A DNA stretch of 64,000 bases from a virus, in IMG/VR virus record IMGVR_UViG_3300031992_000005, positions 289,026 through 353,025 of that record. One strand, given 5' to 3'. The notes beneath the pieces are model-generated. The model saw nothing but the letters and a program-made list of their open reading frames with translations, did not search any database and had not been told where the DNA came from. Each line of letters starts with the position of its first letter. Position 1 is the first letter of the stretch. Below, one piece after another: positions 53,363 through 61,273 of the stretch. Position numbers and translations under genes: made by a program.

Positions 53363-53790
53363 TGGCAAATACAGAATACAGATTAGACTATGAAGGACTT
53401 TCCTACTTTTGGAATAAACTGAAAACTTATATCGGTGATCAGACTGGAGAACTAGAAGCTGCACTGGAGGATACTCTTGAAGCTATCAATACGTTAAAGT
53501 CTGGGGTAGAAACACATGAAAATACTGATACAGTAATTGCTTCTCTGACACCAAATGTTTTACATACCTGGGGAGAAATTACCTCATTAACAATACAAGC
53601 ATTAGCTACTCCTACGGACAACACTAGATATAATGAATATATGATACAGTTTTCCAGTGGCTCTACCGCAACCGTTCTCGACTTTCCACCAACATTAACG
53701 TGGCTGGGAGGAGTACAACCTACTACGAGAGCAGGAAAAACATATCAAATTAGTATAGTAAATAACTTAGCCGTAATGGGAGAATTTTAA
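53362..53790 (+). CDS. Structural-module protein, unknown function
   Basis: 142 aa, TAATG-coupled to the upstream gene. Confidence 0.4.
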   Translation: MANTEYRLDYEGLSYFWNKLKTYIGDQTGELEAALEDTLEAINTLKSGVETHENTDTVIASLTPNVLHTWGEITSLTIQALATPTDNTRYNEYMIQFSSGSTATVLDFPPTLTWLGGVQPTTRAGKTYQISIVNNLAVMGEF

Positions 53791-53816
53791 TTATGAAAAA
53801 TTTTAACAGCTATAGA

Positions 53817-53826
53817 GGGGGGGGGG
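53817..53826. repeat. G10 homopolymer tract in an intergenic region
   Basis: Counted directly: four G at 53817-53820 and six at 53821-53826. I noticed no other homopolymer G/C run of comparable length (not exhaustively scanned). Confidence 0.9.
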
Positions 53827-53872
53827 AAAATTTAAATCCCTATAATAGTCATTCCCTAGAAGGGAGGACTAT

Positions 53873-54097
53873 ATGAGCGAGTTTAGAAGAAGATTGTTAG
53901 CGGCAAATGCACCTTATAGGCTCATAGACTATATCGTTAATAGCAATCAGAGCTCACGAATAATTACTAACTGTGCGCCATTAGACGACAATAACTATAA
54001 GTTTGAAGTTGATTGTTATGTAGAAGCAAGAGATACAAGCAGAGAATGGGGTATAATTTTTGCCAATGCTGGTACTGATACAGTAAATAAAAAGTGA
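53873..54097 (+). CDS. N-terminal part of a split gene (ends at in-frame TGA)
   Basis: 74 aa, preceded by a strong Shine-Dalgarno (GGGAGG, 5-nt spacer). In the same frame as 54125..54472. Confidence 0.5.
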   Translation: MSEFRRRLLAANAPYRLIDYIVNSNQSSRIITNCAPLDDNNYKFEVDCYVEARDTSREWGIIFANAGTDTVNKK

Positions 54098-54124
54098 CGC
54101 GTAAATTTTAATAATAGTAATAAT

Positions 54125-54472
54125 ATGTTAAGAGCATTACTAAATTCAAATTCTAGTCAAAATGTATATATTAGTAATGGCACCAGTTATGTAGGAAAAA
54201 GACTGTTTATCACATTAACACCAACACAATTTAAGGTAAATAATCAAATAGCAAATGCATCTAGTAATAAAGGTGGAACTTGGATTGCAGATAATTTTAT
54301 GCAAATAAATGAAGATACAACCAATGCTCCTATAATAAGATACTATGCTATAAATGCATATTATAACAATAATCTCATTCACCAATATAAACCTTGCATT
54401 ACATCTAATGGTATATATACAATGGTTGATGTAATAAATAATTATATATGTGAAGTTAACGGTAATGCTTAG
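54125..54472 (+). CDS. C-terminal part of the same split gene
   Basis: 115 aa. 54125 minus 53873 is 252 nt, so the frames match. Only the TGA at 54095-54097 and nine sense codons separate the two ORFs. Confidence 0.5.
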   Translation: MLRALLNSNSSQNVYISNGTSYVGKRLFITLTPTQFKVNNQIANASSNKGGTWIADNFMQINEDTTNAPIIRYYAINAYYNNNLIHQYKPCITSNGIYTMVDVINNYICEVNGNA

Positions 54473-54549
54473 AGCGGTAACTAAACTCATACACCCTCAA
54501 TAGGCTTAACATTAATTAAAAGCGATTTATTATAAATAATAACAATAAA

Positions 54550-55269
54550 ATGATTGGAAATTATAAAATAGACTTATCCAATGAACATCAGCCAGAGATA
54601 CAATTAATAGGTACCTCAGGTAAATATAATACCTGGCGAATATACTTCTTAGTAGAAGAACTTGAGCCTAGAGTAGAGACAAAGACCGTCTATGAAGAGG
54701 TTCATACAGGTATACCGGAGCCAGAACCAAATGTTGATTCATCTTTTGACGGTTCAGAGGATAAAACAGTTGTATCATCATCTTGGGACTTAGGAGAAAC
54801 TCATACAGTATCAAGAGTTATTGAATATACTGTAAGAACATTTAAGGCTAAGTATGTTGATGTAGAAAAACACATTAGCATAACAAATCCAGACCCAGTT
54901 GAACTCCTGAAGGAAGTCATGTTTGCCCAAATTGATGTATATGATAAGAGTGAAGAAGTAAATAGTTTCTTCCTAAATGGGGCTAAAGTTTGGCTAGATA
55001 AAGATACTAGGGTTGGTCTCATGAATAGTATTTCTATTCAGAAACAGATGGGAATGGAAAGTACCACACTTTGGCTTAATACAACGCCCTTCACATTAAA
55101 TTGTGCCCTAGCATTACAATTACTAGGGGCCTTAGAAATATATGCTTGTGAATGTTTCAATAAAACCGCAGAGCATAAACTAGGAGTACAACTATTAAGT
55201 ACCTTGGATGAAGTTGCTTCTTATGATTTCAAACAAGGTTACCCAGAAAAATTAAACTTAACAGTATGA
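54550..55269 (+). CDS. Hypothetical protein with C-terminal DUF4376-like region (recollection-level call)
   Basis: 239 aa. The C-terminal FFLNGAKVWLDKDTRVGLMNSI...TTLWLNTTPFTLNCALALQLLGALEIYACECFNKTAEH...YDFKQGYPEKL resembles a domain common in phage and prophage tail-region proteins. Confidence 0.35.
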   Translation: MIGNYKIDLSNEHQPEIQLIGTSGKYNTWRIYFLVEELEPRVETKTVYEEVHTGIPEPEPNVDSSFDGSEDKTVVSSSWDLGETHTVSRVIEYTVRTFKAKYVDVEKHISITNPDPVELLKEVMFAQIDVYDKSEEVNSFFLNGAKVWLDKDTRVGLMNSISIQKQMGMESTTLWLNTTPFTLNCALALQLLGALEIYACECFNKTAEHKLGVQLLSTLDEVASYDFKQGYPEKLNLTV

Positions 55270-55775
55270 TAACTACAATAGCCTCCTTTATTATATTTAT
55301 CCTATATATAATTTATATCTTATTGAAGGCTAAAGAAATTCCTATTTCAGTATCCAGAACATACTATTACTTAACATGGAAACCAGCTTTTACTCTCATA
55401 ATATGGCTCGTTGGTCTATTACTCCTCCCAGAATTTATGGATGCAGCTAAAAATGCTCCCACACAGGTTATACCATTTGCTACTATCTTTGGTGTGTTCT
55501 TAGTGGGTGCTTCTCCACAAATTCTAGAGGATAAGGCTGAAAAACAGGTACATATGATAGGAGCTGGCCTAGCAGGAATATTCTCCCAACTATGGGTTAT
55601 GTTATATGGAAACCAATTATTTCTATTTGATTGGATATTACCTGGAGCGATACTATTCTGGACACTAGGGAAGAAAAAAACTAATAACCTAGAGGAAGAA
55701 TTAGATAAATTTAAATTCACCTTCTGGGTTGAATTAATATGTTTCATTAATATTTACCTCAGCTTATTATGTTAA
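55266..55775 (+). CDS. Multi-pass membrane protein
   Basis: 169 aa with about 5-6 hydrophobic helices (IASFIIFILYIIYILL, FTLIIWLVGLLLLP, FATIFGVFLVGA, IGAGLAGIFSQLWVMLY, WILPGAILFWTL, FWVELICFINIYLSLL). Confidence 0.55.
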   Translation: MITTIASFIIFILYIIYILLKAKEIPISVSRTYYYLTWKPAFTLIIWLVGLLLLPEFMDAAKNAPTQVIPFATIFGVFLVGASPQILEDKAEKQVHMIGAGLAGIFSQLWVMLYGNQLFLFDWILPGAILFWTLGKKKTNNLEEELDKFKFTFWVELICFINIYLSLLC

Positions 55776-56053
55776 ATAAAATATTAGATTTTCTTGGAAC
55801 TATTCCACAGAGTAAAATTCTACATTTTACTGCAGGATTGATAATATTTCTCATTGTATATGGAATAGGAAATCTCTTGGGTTTTATAAATATAAACCAC
55901 GCTAGGGTTATAGCCCTAGTATCAGTAGTTATAATAGGAACCTGGAAAGATTGGTACTATGATAAGAAATTTGGGAGAAAGTCAGATTGTTGTGAAATGA
56001 CAGCTACCGATATAGGTGGTTTTGCTGGACTAATAATTAGCTATCTCTTATAA
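55769..56053 (+). CDS. Small 3-TM membrane protein; holin candidate
   Basis: 94 aa. Hydrophobic helices: ILHFTAGLIIFLIVYGIGNLLGF, VIALVSVVIIGTW, IGGFAGLIISYLL. Charged loop: KDWYYDKKFGRKSD. Confidence 0.4.
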   Translation: MLNKILDFLGTIPQSKILHFTAGLIIFLIVYGIGNLLGFININHARVIALVSVVIIGTWKDWYYDKKFGRKSDCCEMTATDIGGFAGLIISYLL

Positions 56054-56063
56054 AAATTACTTG

Positions 56064-56095
56064 GGTAATCCTAGGGAAATTACTCTGGGATTACC
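56064..56095 (+). terminator. Strong stem-loop after the membrane-protein genes
   Basis: 13-bp stem with two G-U pairs: GGTAATCCTAGGG (56064-56076) pairs with CTCTGGGATTACC (56083-56095), with a 6-nt loop. No clear T-run. Confidence 0.35.
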
Positions 56096-56133
56096 TTAAT
56101 TCCTTACGTGTGTATTATAAAATTTCAAGAAAC

Positions 56134-56865
56134 ATGAAAACAGAAAAATTATTAATTGTACCAGATGTTCATGGAAGAACGTTTTGGAAAGAACCAGTTT
56201 ACAAGTGGAATGGAGACATCGTATTTCTTGGCGATTATCTAGACCCTTATCCAGACGAAGATATTAGCTTCAATACAGCTCTTCGCGGATTAAGAGATAT
56301 AATTGAATTAAAAGAAGCAAATCCGAGTAGAATTACGCTTCTCTTAGGAAATCACGATATTCATTACATCTGGGAAGAAGCTCCAGTCAGCACAAGATTT
56401 TCGAGAATGTTCGAAGACGAAGTAGCTACTTTATTCAATGATTATCGTCCAGATTTTCAAGTAGCGAAGATGATTGAACAGGACGGCAAATTCTTTCTCC
56501 TTACTCATGCTGGTCTAGTCAAGGGCTGGTTTGATCAGAATGAATTGACTGTACCTGAGAAGACCGAGATAGAAGATATGCTAAATAGGATGGCAGAGAC
56601 TAGTAAGGGAAAAGCGATGCTCAGTCAAGTAGGTTATAGTAGATGGGGAGACTCTCCGTTTGGAGGACCAATGTGGGCAGATTTCTTTGAAGATCACCTG
56701 GATTATCCTATCATACCTGATATATATCAGATTGTAGGTCATACGGGTAGTGTTTATGGATATGACGAACAGGCTTGTATGAAAAAGAACATTGCCTGCA
56801 TTGACAGGAGAAAAGCGTATATATTAGAAGGAGGAAAATTAAAAAATGCTACTGGAGAAAACTGA
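56134..56865 (+). CDS. Ser/Thr-type metallophosphatase (lambda PPase / ApaH-like)
   Basis: Motifs in order: VPDVHG, FLGDYLD, LLGNHD, LTHAG, VGHT. The ORF track starts at a GTG (56110); I prefer the ATG at 56134 (MKTEKLLIVPDVHG). Confidence 0.8.
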   Translation: MKTEKLLIVPDVHGRTFWKEPVYKWNGDIVFLGDYLDPYPDEDISFNTALRGLRDIIELKEANPSRITLLLGNHDIHYIWEEAPVSTRFSRMFEDEVATLFNDYRPDFQVAKMIEQDGKFFLLTHAGLVKGWFDQNELTVPEKTEIEDMLNRMAETSKGKAMLSQVGYSRWGDSPFGGPMWADFFEDHLDYPIIPDIYQIVGHTGSVYGYDEQACMKKNIACIDRRKAYILEGGKLKNATGEN

Positions 56866-57106
56866 AGGATGTGTATGTTGGGGTAGGTATGTAGATGATA
56901 AATCCCTCGAAGAATTATCAGAAGAAGAGAAAAATAATTTACTTCAAGTCTTAAAAGATCAATTAACTTTAAGCGACTTAAATGAAGTATTTGACTTAAT
57001 CTTAGATAATCATTATACAGATTACGAATCCGACGACAAACCATGTGAATGCTGCGGAGATTACGTATGCACATGGAAACTTGAAATAAAAAACCTAGGG
57101 AATTAA
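56846..57106 (+). CDS. Small acidic Cys-containing protein
   Basis: 86 aa. Has N-terminal GCVCWG and C-terminal KPCECCGDYVC, a possible metal-binding knuckle. Overlaps the phosphatase gene end by 20 nt. Confidence 0.4.
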   Translation: MLLEKTEGCVCWGRYVDDKSLEELSEEEKNNLLQVLKDQLTLSDLNEVFDLILDNHYTDYESDDKPCECCGDYVCTWKLEIKNLGN

Positions 57107-57124
57107 TCCCTAGGTAATTTTTTT
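57094..57124. terminator. Bidirectional terminator between convergent genes
   Basis: CCTAGGGA (57094-57101) pairs with TCCCTAGG (57107-57114), with a 5-nt loop. A-run upstream (ATAAAAAA) and T-run downstream (TAATTTTTTT). Sits at the stops of 56846..57106 (+) and 57103..57786 (-). Confidence 0.6.
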
Positions 57125-57786
57125 AATCTTCCTTTAACATAAATAATCATTCCGTCATTTTCGGCTAAACTATCTCTCTTTTCAATAAATTTTGTAGGTA
57201 AATTAGAAATAGTTCCCAAGAACTTCGGACAATAGCACTGAAGAAATCTTATAAGTGGTGGAGTATACTCATTCACTTCCCTACCCACATCATGAATATA
57301 CATAGACAATACACAACCATTATATCTCGACATAGGGAATTGAAAATCTATATAAGGTAAATGCTCCTTACCACCAGTAACTTCACTTTTGTAATAAATC
57401 CTATCAGTACAACAACTAGTTATAGTATTTTCCGCAATATTAATAACAATTGGTTTCTCTATCGTACTATGGGGCATGAAGAGCAATAATTCAAATTTAA
57501 GCTTATGAATAGAAACATAAAATTCTGAACTCTTATCATAGATTATAGTAGCGCCTAATTTAATTATTCTCATCAAGATATCATCAGTTGAAACTGCAAT
57601 TCTATCTTCCGTAAGGAGAAACCAATCCATTGATTCTAGGAATTTCTCTAATCCTAATATATCATTGTCAGTTAATTTACGGCTAACTACATATGTCTTT
57701 TCTATTTTAGCCAAGTTTACCCTACTTAACATATTCTTACACATATGTAGAGAATATGTAACACTAACCTTAAATGACGAACTCAT
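57103..57786 (-). CDS. Paralog-array gene 8 (family 1), unknown function
   Basis: 227 aa. N-terminal module AKIEKTYVVSRK...MDWFLLTEDRIAVSTDDI aligns with the ORFs at 57770, 58378 and 61257. Confidence 0.6.
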   Translation of the reverse strand: MSSSFKVSVTYSLHMCKNMLSRVNLAKIEKTYVVSRKLTDNDILGLEKFLESMDWFLLTEDRIAVSTDDILMRIIKLGATIIYDKSSEFYVSIHKLKFELLLFMPHSTIEKPIVINIAENTITSCCTDRIYYKSEVTGGKEHLPYIDFQFPMSRYNGCVLSMYIHDVGREVNEYTPPLIRFLQCYCPKFLGTISNLPTKFIEKRDSLAENDGMIIYVKGRLKKLPRD

Positions 57787-58381
57787 TGCAACCTCCTCTA
57801 AAATATATTCTAAACTGTTCTGGAATTATAGGAGAATGTGCTAGGATTACATTATAACACTTACTCTTCAAGAAATTAGGACATACCTTATATAGCATAC
57901 TAAGTATACCTAAACAGGTAAAACTATACTTTTCCCTTATTTGATTATAATCAGAGTAACCATCAACAAAATAATACTCTGCTTTTACACCACTATCAAT
58001 TCCAGTATGATGTAAGAACCAATAATCACCAAAGCCGTCATCCTTAAAAAATACTCTGGGAAATTGTTCCTTATATCCTTCAGTATCTAAATACCAGATA
58101 TCTGAAAGTATATCATCTAAGAGACTAACTTCTGGAGTAACATAATATGTTTTTGTAGAAGTCAGGAATATAAAATTCCCTGGCATCCAGTCAAGCCGAT
58201 TAGCCTGACATAACCAATCATCCACATTTATTGCCACTTTATCATCCTTGTAGATAAACCACTTGATATCTTTAGATGTTAAGTGCTCCGTTAACTTAAA
58301 TATATCTTGGAACTCAGTATTATAAAATGCAGTAGTTACAAAATATACTTCCTGAATATCTGCCAAAAGTAATTCTATCAT
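57770..58381 (-). CDS. Paralog-array gene 7 (family 1), unknown function
   Basis: 203 aa. ADIQEVYFVTT...IKWFIYKDDKVAINVDDW. Confidence 0.6.
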   Translation of the reverse strand: MIELLLADIQEVYFVTTAFYNTEFQDIFKLTEHLTSKDIKWFIYKDDKVAINVDDWLCQANRLDWMPGNFIFLTSTKTYYVTPEVSLLDDILSDIWYLDTEGYKEQFPRVFFKDDGFGDYWFLHHTGIDSGVKAEYYFVDGYSDYNQIREKYSFTCLGILSMLYKVCPNFLKSKCYNVILAHSPIIPEQFRIYFRGGCNEFVI

Positions 58382-59019
58382 AGTTCTATTTCTTCTCCAT
58401 CAAATATCGCTTCTACATCCTTTGTGAAGATTTCTTGACTTAATCCAAACAAAGAGGCCGTCAACCTTGATGCTATATAAGCATAATCATCTGGCAATTC
58501 ATCTGAATTTAAGTCCTGGTGCCTACATATAACTTGTTTAGTATACCCATCACCTACTTCCATAAAAGATCGTATCTTAAAATGTTCATCATTGAACAAA
58601 GAAACATTTCTTGATGGCACAGATACATAGGTCTTTTCCATCTTAGAAAAATCTGACATAACATGGATTTCTTCGACACTGCTTTTAGGATCCTCTTTAT
58701 GAATTAAATCATAAAGATTTTTCCAAATGTATTCACCCTGATAATATTTTCCACTAATCCCAATAACTAATTGAATAGGTCCACAAATATCCCAAATATA
58801 TCTGGACTTTTCAGAAAGTGAACTGATTAATTTATAGTTTCTTAACCGAGTAATATCACCTGCTGTAATAGCAACTCTATCACTCTTACTCAAGAACCAC
58901 CTAGCACCAACAAGATCAAGTGCATCACACCTGTAAGTTAATGCACCGTAATCTCTATACCTTTGAAGTAAGAAATAAGTTTCTATCTCTTCTTTTGCTC
59001 TAAAGTTTATCATTATCAT
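58378..59019 (-). CDS. Paralog-array gene 6 (family 1), unknown function
   Basis: 213 aa. EEIETYFLLQR...ARWFLSKSDRVAITAGDI. ATGA overlap with the next gene. Confidence 0.6.
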   Translation of the reverse strand: MIMINFRAKEEIETYFLLQRYRDYGALTYRCDALDLVGARWFLSKSDRVAITAGDITRLRNYKLISSLSEKSRYIWDICGPIQLVIGISGKYYQGEYIWKNLYDLIHKEDPKSSVEEIHVMSDFSKMEKTYVSVPSRNVSLFNDEHFKIRSFMEVGDGYTKQVICRHQDLNSDELPDDYAYIASRLTASLFGLSQEIFTKDVEAIFDGEEIEL

Positions 59020-59536
59020 GATGTAATGGGTTTACTAAATCTAATAATTCAAAGAAATTAAAAATATTTAAAGGTAATGAACTGGCAGGAATCGTGATTA
59101 GAGGATACGATGATGTATAATCAGCTCTCACAGCAGTATCCGATATCCTATTCTCTAGGTATACTCGATACTCATATAATAACGAGATTTGACAACCAAT
59201 ATAATCCTGTTTCGCAAAAAAGTTATTTATATCAAGATTAGTATGAACTAACTTTTCCTCTCCATTAGTACTAATTAGGATAAGGTGTCGTATATATACA
59301 CTTTTAATTAGTAAACTTTGAATTATATCTGGGATTATTGCCTTCAACTGTATATAGTGAATCGCAGAAATCATGATAACATCCGGATCATATTCAATTC
59401 CACCTGAATAAGGAATACCTAATTTCTCCAATTCCATGGCGAAATTAAACTGATGTTCATCCTTATCTTTGCCATGAAATCTCATTTCAATAAACGAATT
59501 TCTTCTATGTTTATCTAAAATAATTTCTTCTTCCAT
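59000..59536 (-). CDS. Paralog-array gene 5 (family 2), unknown function
   Basis: 178 aa. DKHRRNSFIEMRFHGKDKDEHQFNFAMELEKLGIPYSGGIEYDPDVIMISAIHYIQL. Confidence 0.65.
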   Translation of the reverse strand: MEEEIILDKHRRNSFIEMRFHGKDKDEHQFNFAMELEKLGIPYSGGIEYDPDVIMISAIHYIQLKAIIPDIIQSLLIKSVYIRHLILISTNGEEKLVHTNLDINNFFAKQDYIGCQISLLYEYRVYLENRISDTAVRADYTSSYPLITIPASSLPLNIFNFFELLDLVNPLHHDNDKL

Positions 59537-60132
59537 AGTCTATACCCTTCTCGTCTTTTCATGTACGATTTATAAAACTCAGTGTCTAGTATACCTAATC
59601 TATACATACTTAAGAAAGCATAGACATCCATATTTGTCTCTACACTATTAAAGATCGTGTCTGGAGTTATGGCAGCCTTAAGTTCCTGACCAACCTCTCG
59701 ATATATAACAGTTGCCTTGTTATTACTAATATCTACCCAATAAGAAGTTACTACATTTAGATCTACTATTATAAACTTACCTGTTGCACGATATGCACTA
59801 ATGAAAAAATCCCAATCTACAACTTCGCTTTCATCATCCTTCAAGTAAAAATGTTCAACTTTTACATCCAAAGGAATTTTCTTATACTCTGGATATATAC
59901 TACATAACTGTATATAATTAACCATAGATATAACTATAGCATCTGGATTATATACAATTCCGCCTGAATAAGAAATTCCCAATTTCTCTAAGTCCTCTAC
60001 CAGACCTAATTGCATGACATCTTTACTTTTTCCCGTAAATATAAATCTAATATAGTAAGGCCTTCTAAATTTATCTATAAGGATACTTCCTATAGATTCA
60101 GGCATTAATAAGTATTTTTCTGCTCTATCCAT
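59515..60132 (-). CDS. Paralog-array gene 4 (family 2), unknown function
   Basis: 205 aa. DKFRRPYYIRFIFTGKSKDVMQLGLVEDLEKLGISYSGGIVYNPDAIVISMVNYIQL. Confidence 0.65.
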   Translation of the reverse strand: MDRAEKYLLMPESIGSILIDKFRRPYYIRFIFTGKSKDVMQLGLVEDLEKLGISYSGGIVYNPDAIVISMVNYIQLCSIYPEYKKIPLDVKVEHFYLKDDESEVVDWDFFISAYRATGKFIIVDLNVVTSYWVDISNNKATVIYREVGQELKAAITPDTIFNSVETNMDVYAFLSMYRLGILDTEFYKSYMKRREGYRLWKKKLF

Positions 60133-60704
60133 TCTTCACCTAAGATATCAAGGTTTAATAGATCTCGATAAACTTTCTCAAATGTTACTCTCATTGAGAA
60201 TATACGTAAATTGTTGTGAACTTTAATTATCTCAGACTTACGAAAATCATCCTCGTAATACTTAATAATATATCTTCCTGCGCATGCTCCCCAAAGATAA
60301 ACCCTAAACGTTACTCTAACAGTTTTATTATCCTTAGTTCCAAGTTTAATTGATTGACTAATTTCAATAAAACATTCATCTGCAAAATAATTTCCCAGAC
60401 TACATGAAAGTCTAAAAGGTATCTCAACATTGTTCACTAGGTCTATCTTACAGTAACTAATATCTACTGTTAAAGCAGGAGAGCTTAAGATCATTAATTT
60501 ATATTTAGGTAACAGTTCTCTAAGTTGAATATAATTCACCGTAGATAACATAATAGTGTCTGGATCTTCATCAATTCCATTTGAGTACCCAATTCCTAAT
60601 TTCTCTAAGTCACCTACAAATGAAAGTTGAGCGGGATCTTTACACTCACCACTAAACTTTAGCTTAACATAAGAATTTCTCCTACAACTATCTAATTGTA
60701 CCAT
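60105..60704 (-). CDS. Paralog-array gene 3 (family 2), unknown function
   Basis: 199 aa. DSCRRNSYVKLKFSGECKDPAQLSFVGDLEKLGIGYSNGIDEDPDTIMLSTVNYIQL. Confidence 0.65.
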   Translation of the reverse strand: MVQLDSCRRNSYVKLKFSGECKDPAQLSFVGDLEKLGIGYSNGIDEDPDTIMLSTVNYIQLRELLPKYKLMILSSPALTVDISYCKIDLVNNVEIPFRLSCSLGNYFADECFIEISQSIKLGTKDNKTVRVTFRVYLWGACAGRYIIKYYEDDFRKSEIIKVHNNLRIFSMRVTFEKVYRDLLNLDILGEEWIEQKNTY

Positions 60705-61273
60705 ACATATCTTTCATGTATTATTTCTGAAAATTTATCGCATAATACGTCAAATCTCAGAAGATCACTTAAAATAGAAAAAGGCAACTCCTCAATATGT
60801 TCTGGTAAAATCTGATCAACATATTTTACACCTGTATCACCACCTTTTCTCAGAATATGCTTAGATTTACCCTTACTTAAGTCAATCCAATATGAGTCTA
60901 TCTCTCCTTCATCACAAATAATATAATTCTGCAATGCTTTGTAACGTCTTAATTTACTTTCCAACTTAAAAGGAACCTCAACGTTATTGATATAATCGAT
61001 AGAACAAAACCCTAATATTGAAAAATCACCCCACAACTTCGTACGATAGCATTGAACTAGCTCTCTTATCTGAAGATAATGAACCGTAGATAACATAATA
61101 GTATTCGGATCGTAAACAATGCCCCCTGAATAGGGTATACTATACTTTTCCAGGACTCCAGCAAAGTATAGTTGATTCTCCTCCTTCTTAAATTTCAACT
61201 TAATATAAGAATTTCTCTTAAACTGATCTATTAACACGTAATTATTATTCCCAACATTAATTGCAGCAGTCAT
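60692..61273 (-). CDS. Paralog-array gene 2 (family 2), unknown function
   Basis: 193 aa. DQFKRNSYIKLKFKKEENQLYFAGVLEKYSIPYSGGIVYDPNTIMLSTVHYLQI. Confidence 0.65.
   Translation of the reverse strand: MTAAINVGNNNYVLIDQFKRNSYIKLKFKKEENQLYFAGVLEKYSIPYSGGIVYDPNTIMLSTVHYLQIRELVQCYRTKLWGDFSILGFCSIDYINNVEVPFKLESKLRRYKALQNYIICDEGEIDSYWIDLSKGKSKHILRKGGDTGVKYVDQILPEHIEELPFSILSDLLRFDVLCDKFSEIIHERYVWYN

Noticed and set aside
53793-53876. Poly-G length change fusing the upstream mini-ORF to the 53873 gene (translational phase variation)
   Set aside because: I translated the G9 and G11 variants by hand. Both frames meet TAA within a few codons after the tract, so no fusion is possible. Only transcriptional or leader effects remain plausible.
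54095-54097. Genome-wide TGA reassignment (code 4/25-like) as the explanation for the in-frame TGA
   Set aside because: TGA terminates many well-bounded genes here, precisely at ATGA junctions with the next start (e.g. 11462-11465, 12990-12993, 14129-14132, 18361-18364, 18984-18987, 25365-25368). TGA therefore functions as a stop in this genome.
18984-54500. Diversity-generating retroelement acting on the fibre genes
   Set aside because: No reverse transcriptase ORF was seen, and I noticed no template/variable repeat pair with adenine-specific differences. The repeats seen are in-frame tandem duplications instead.
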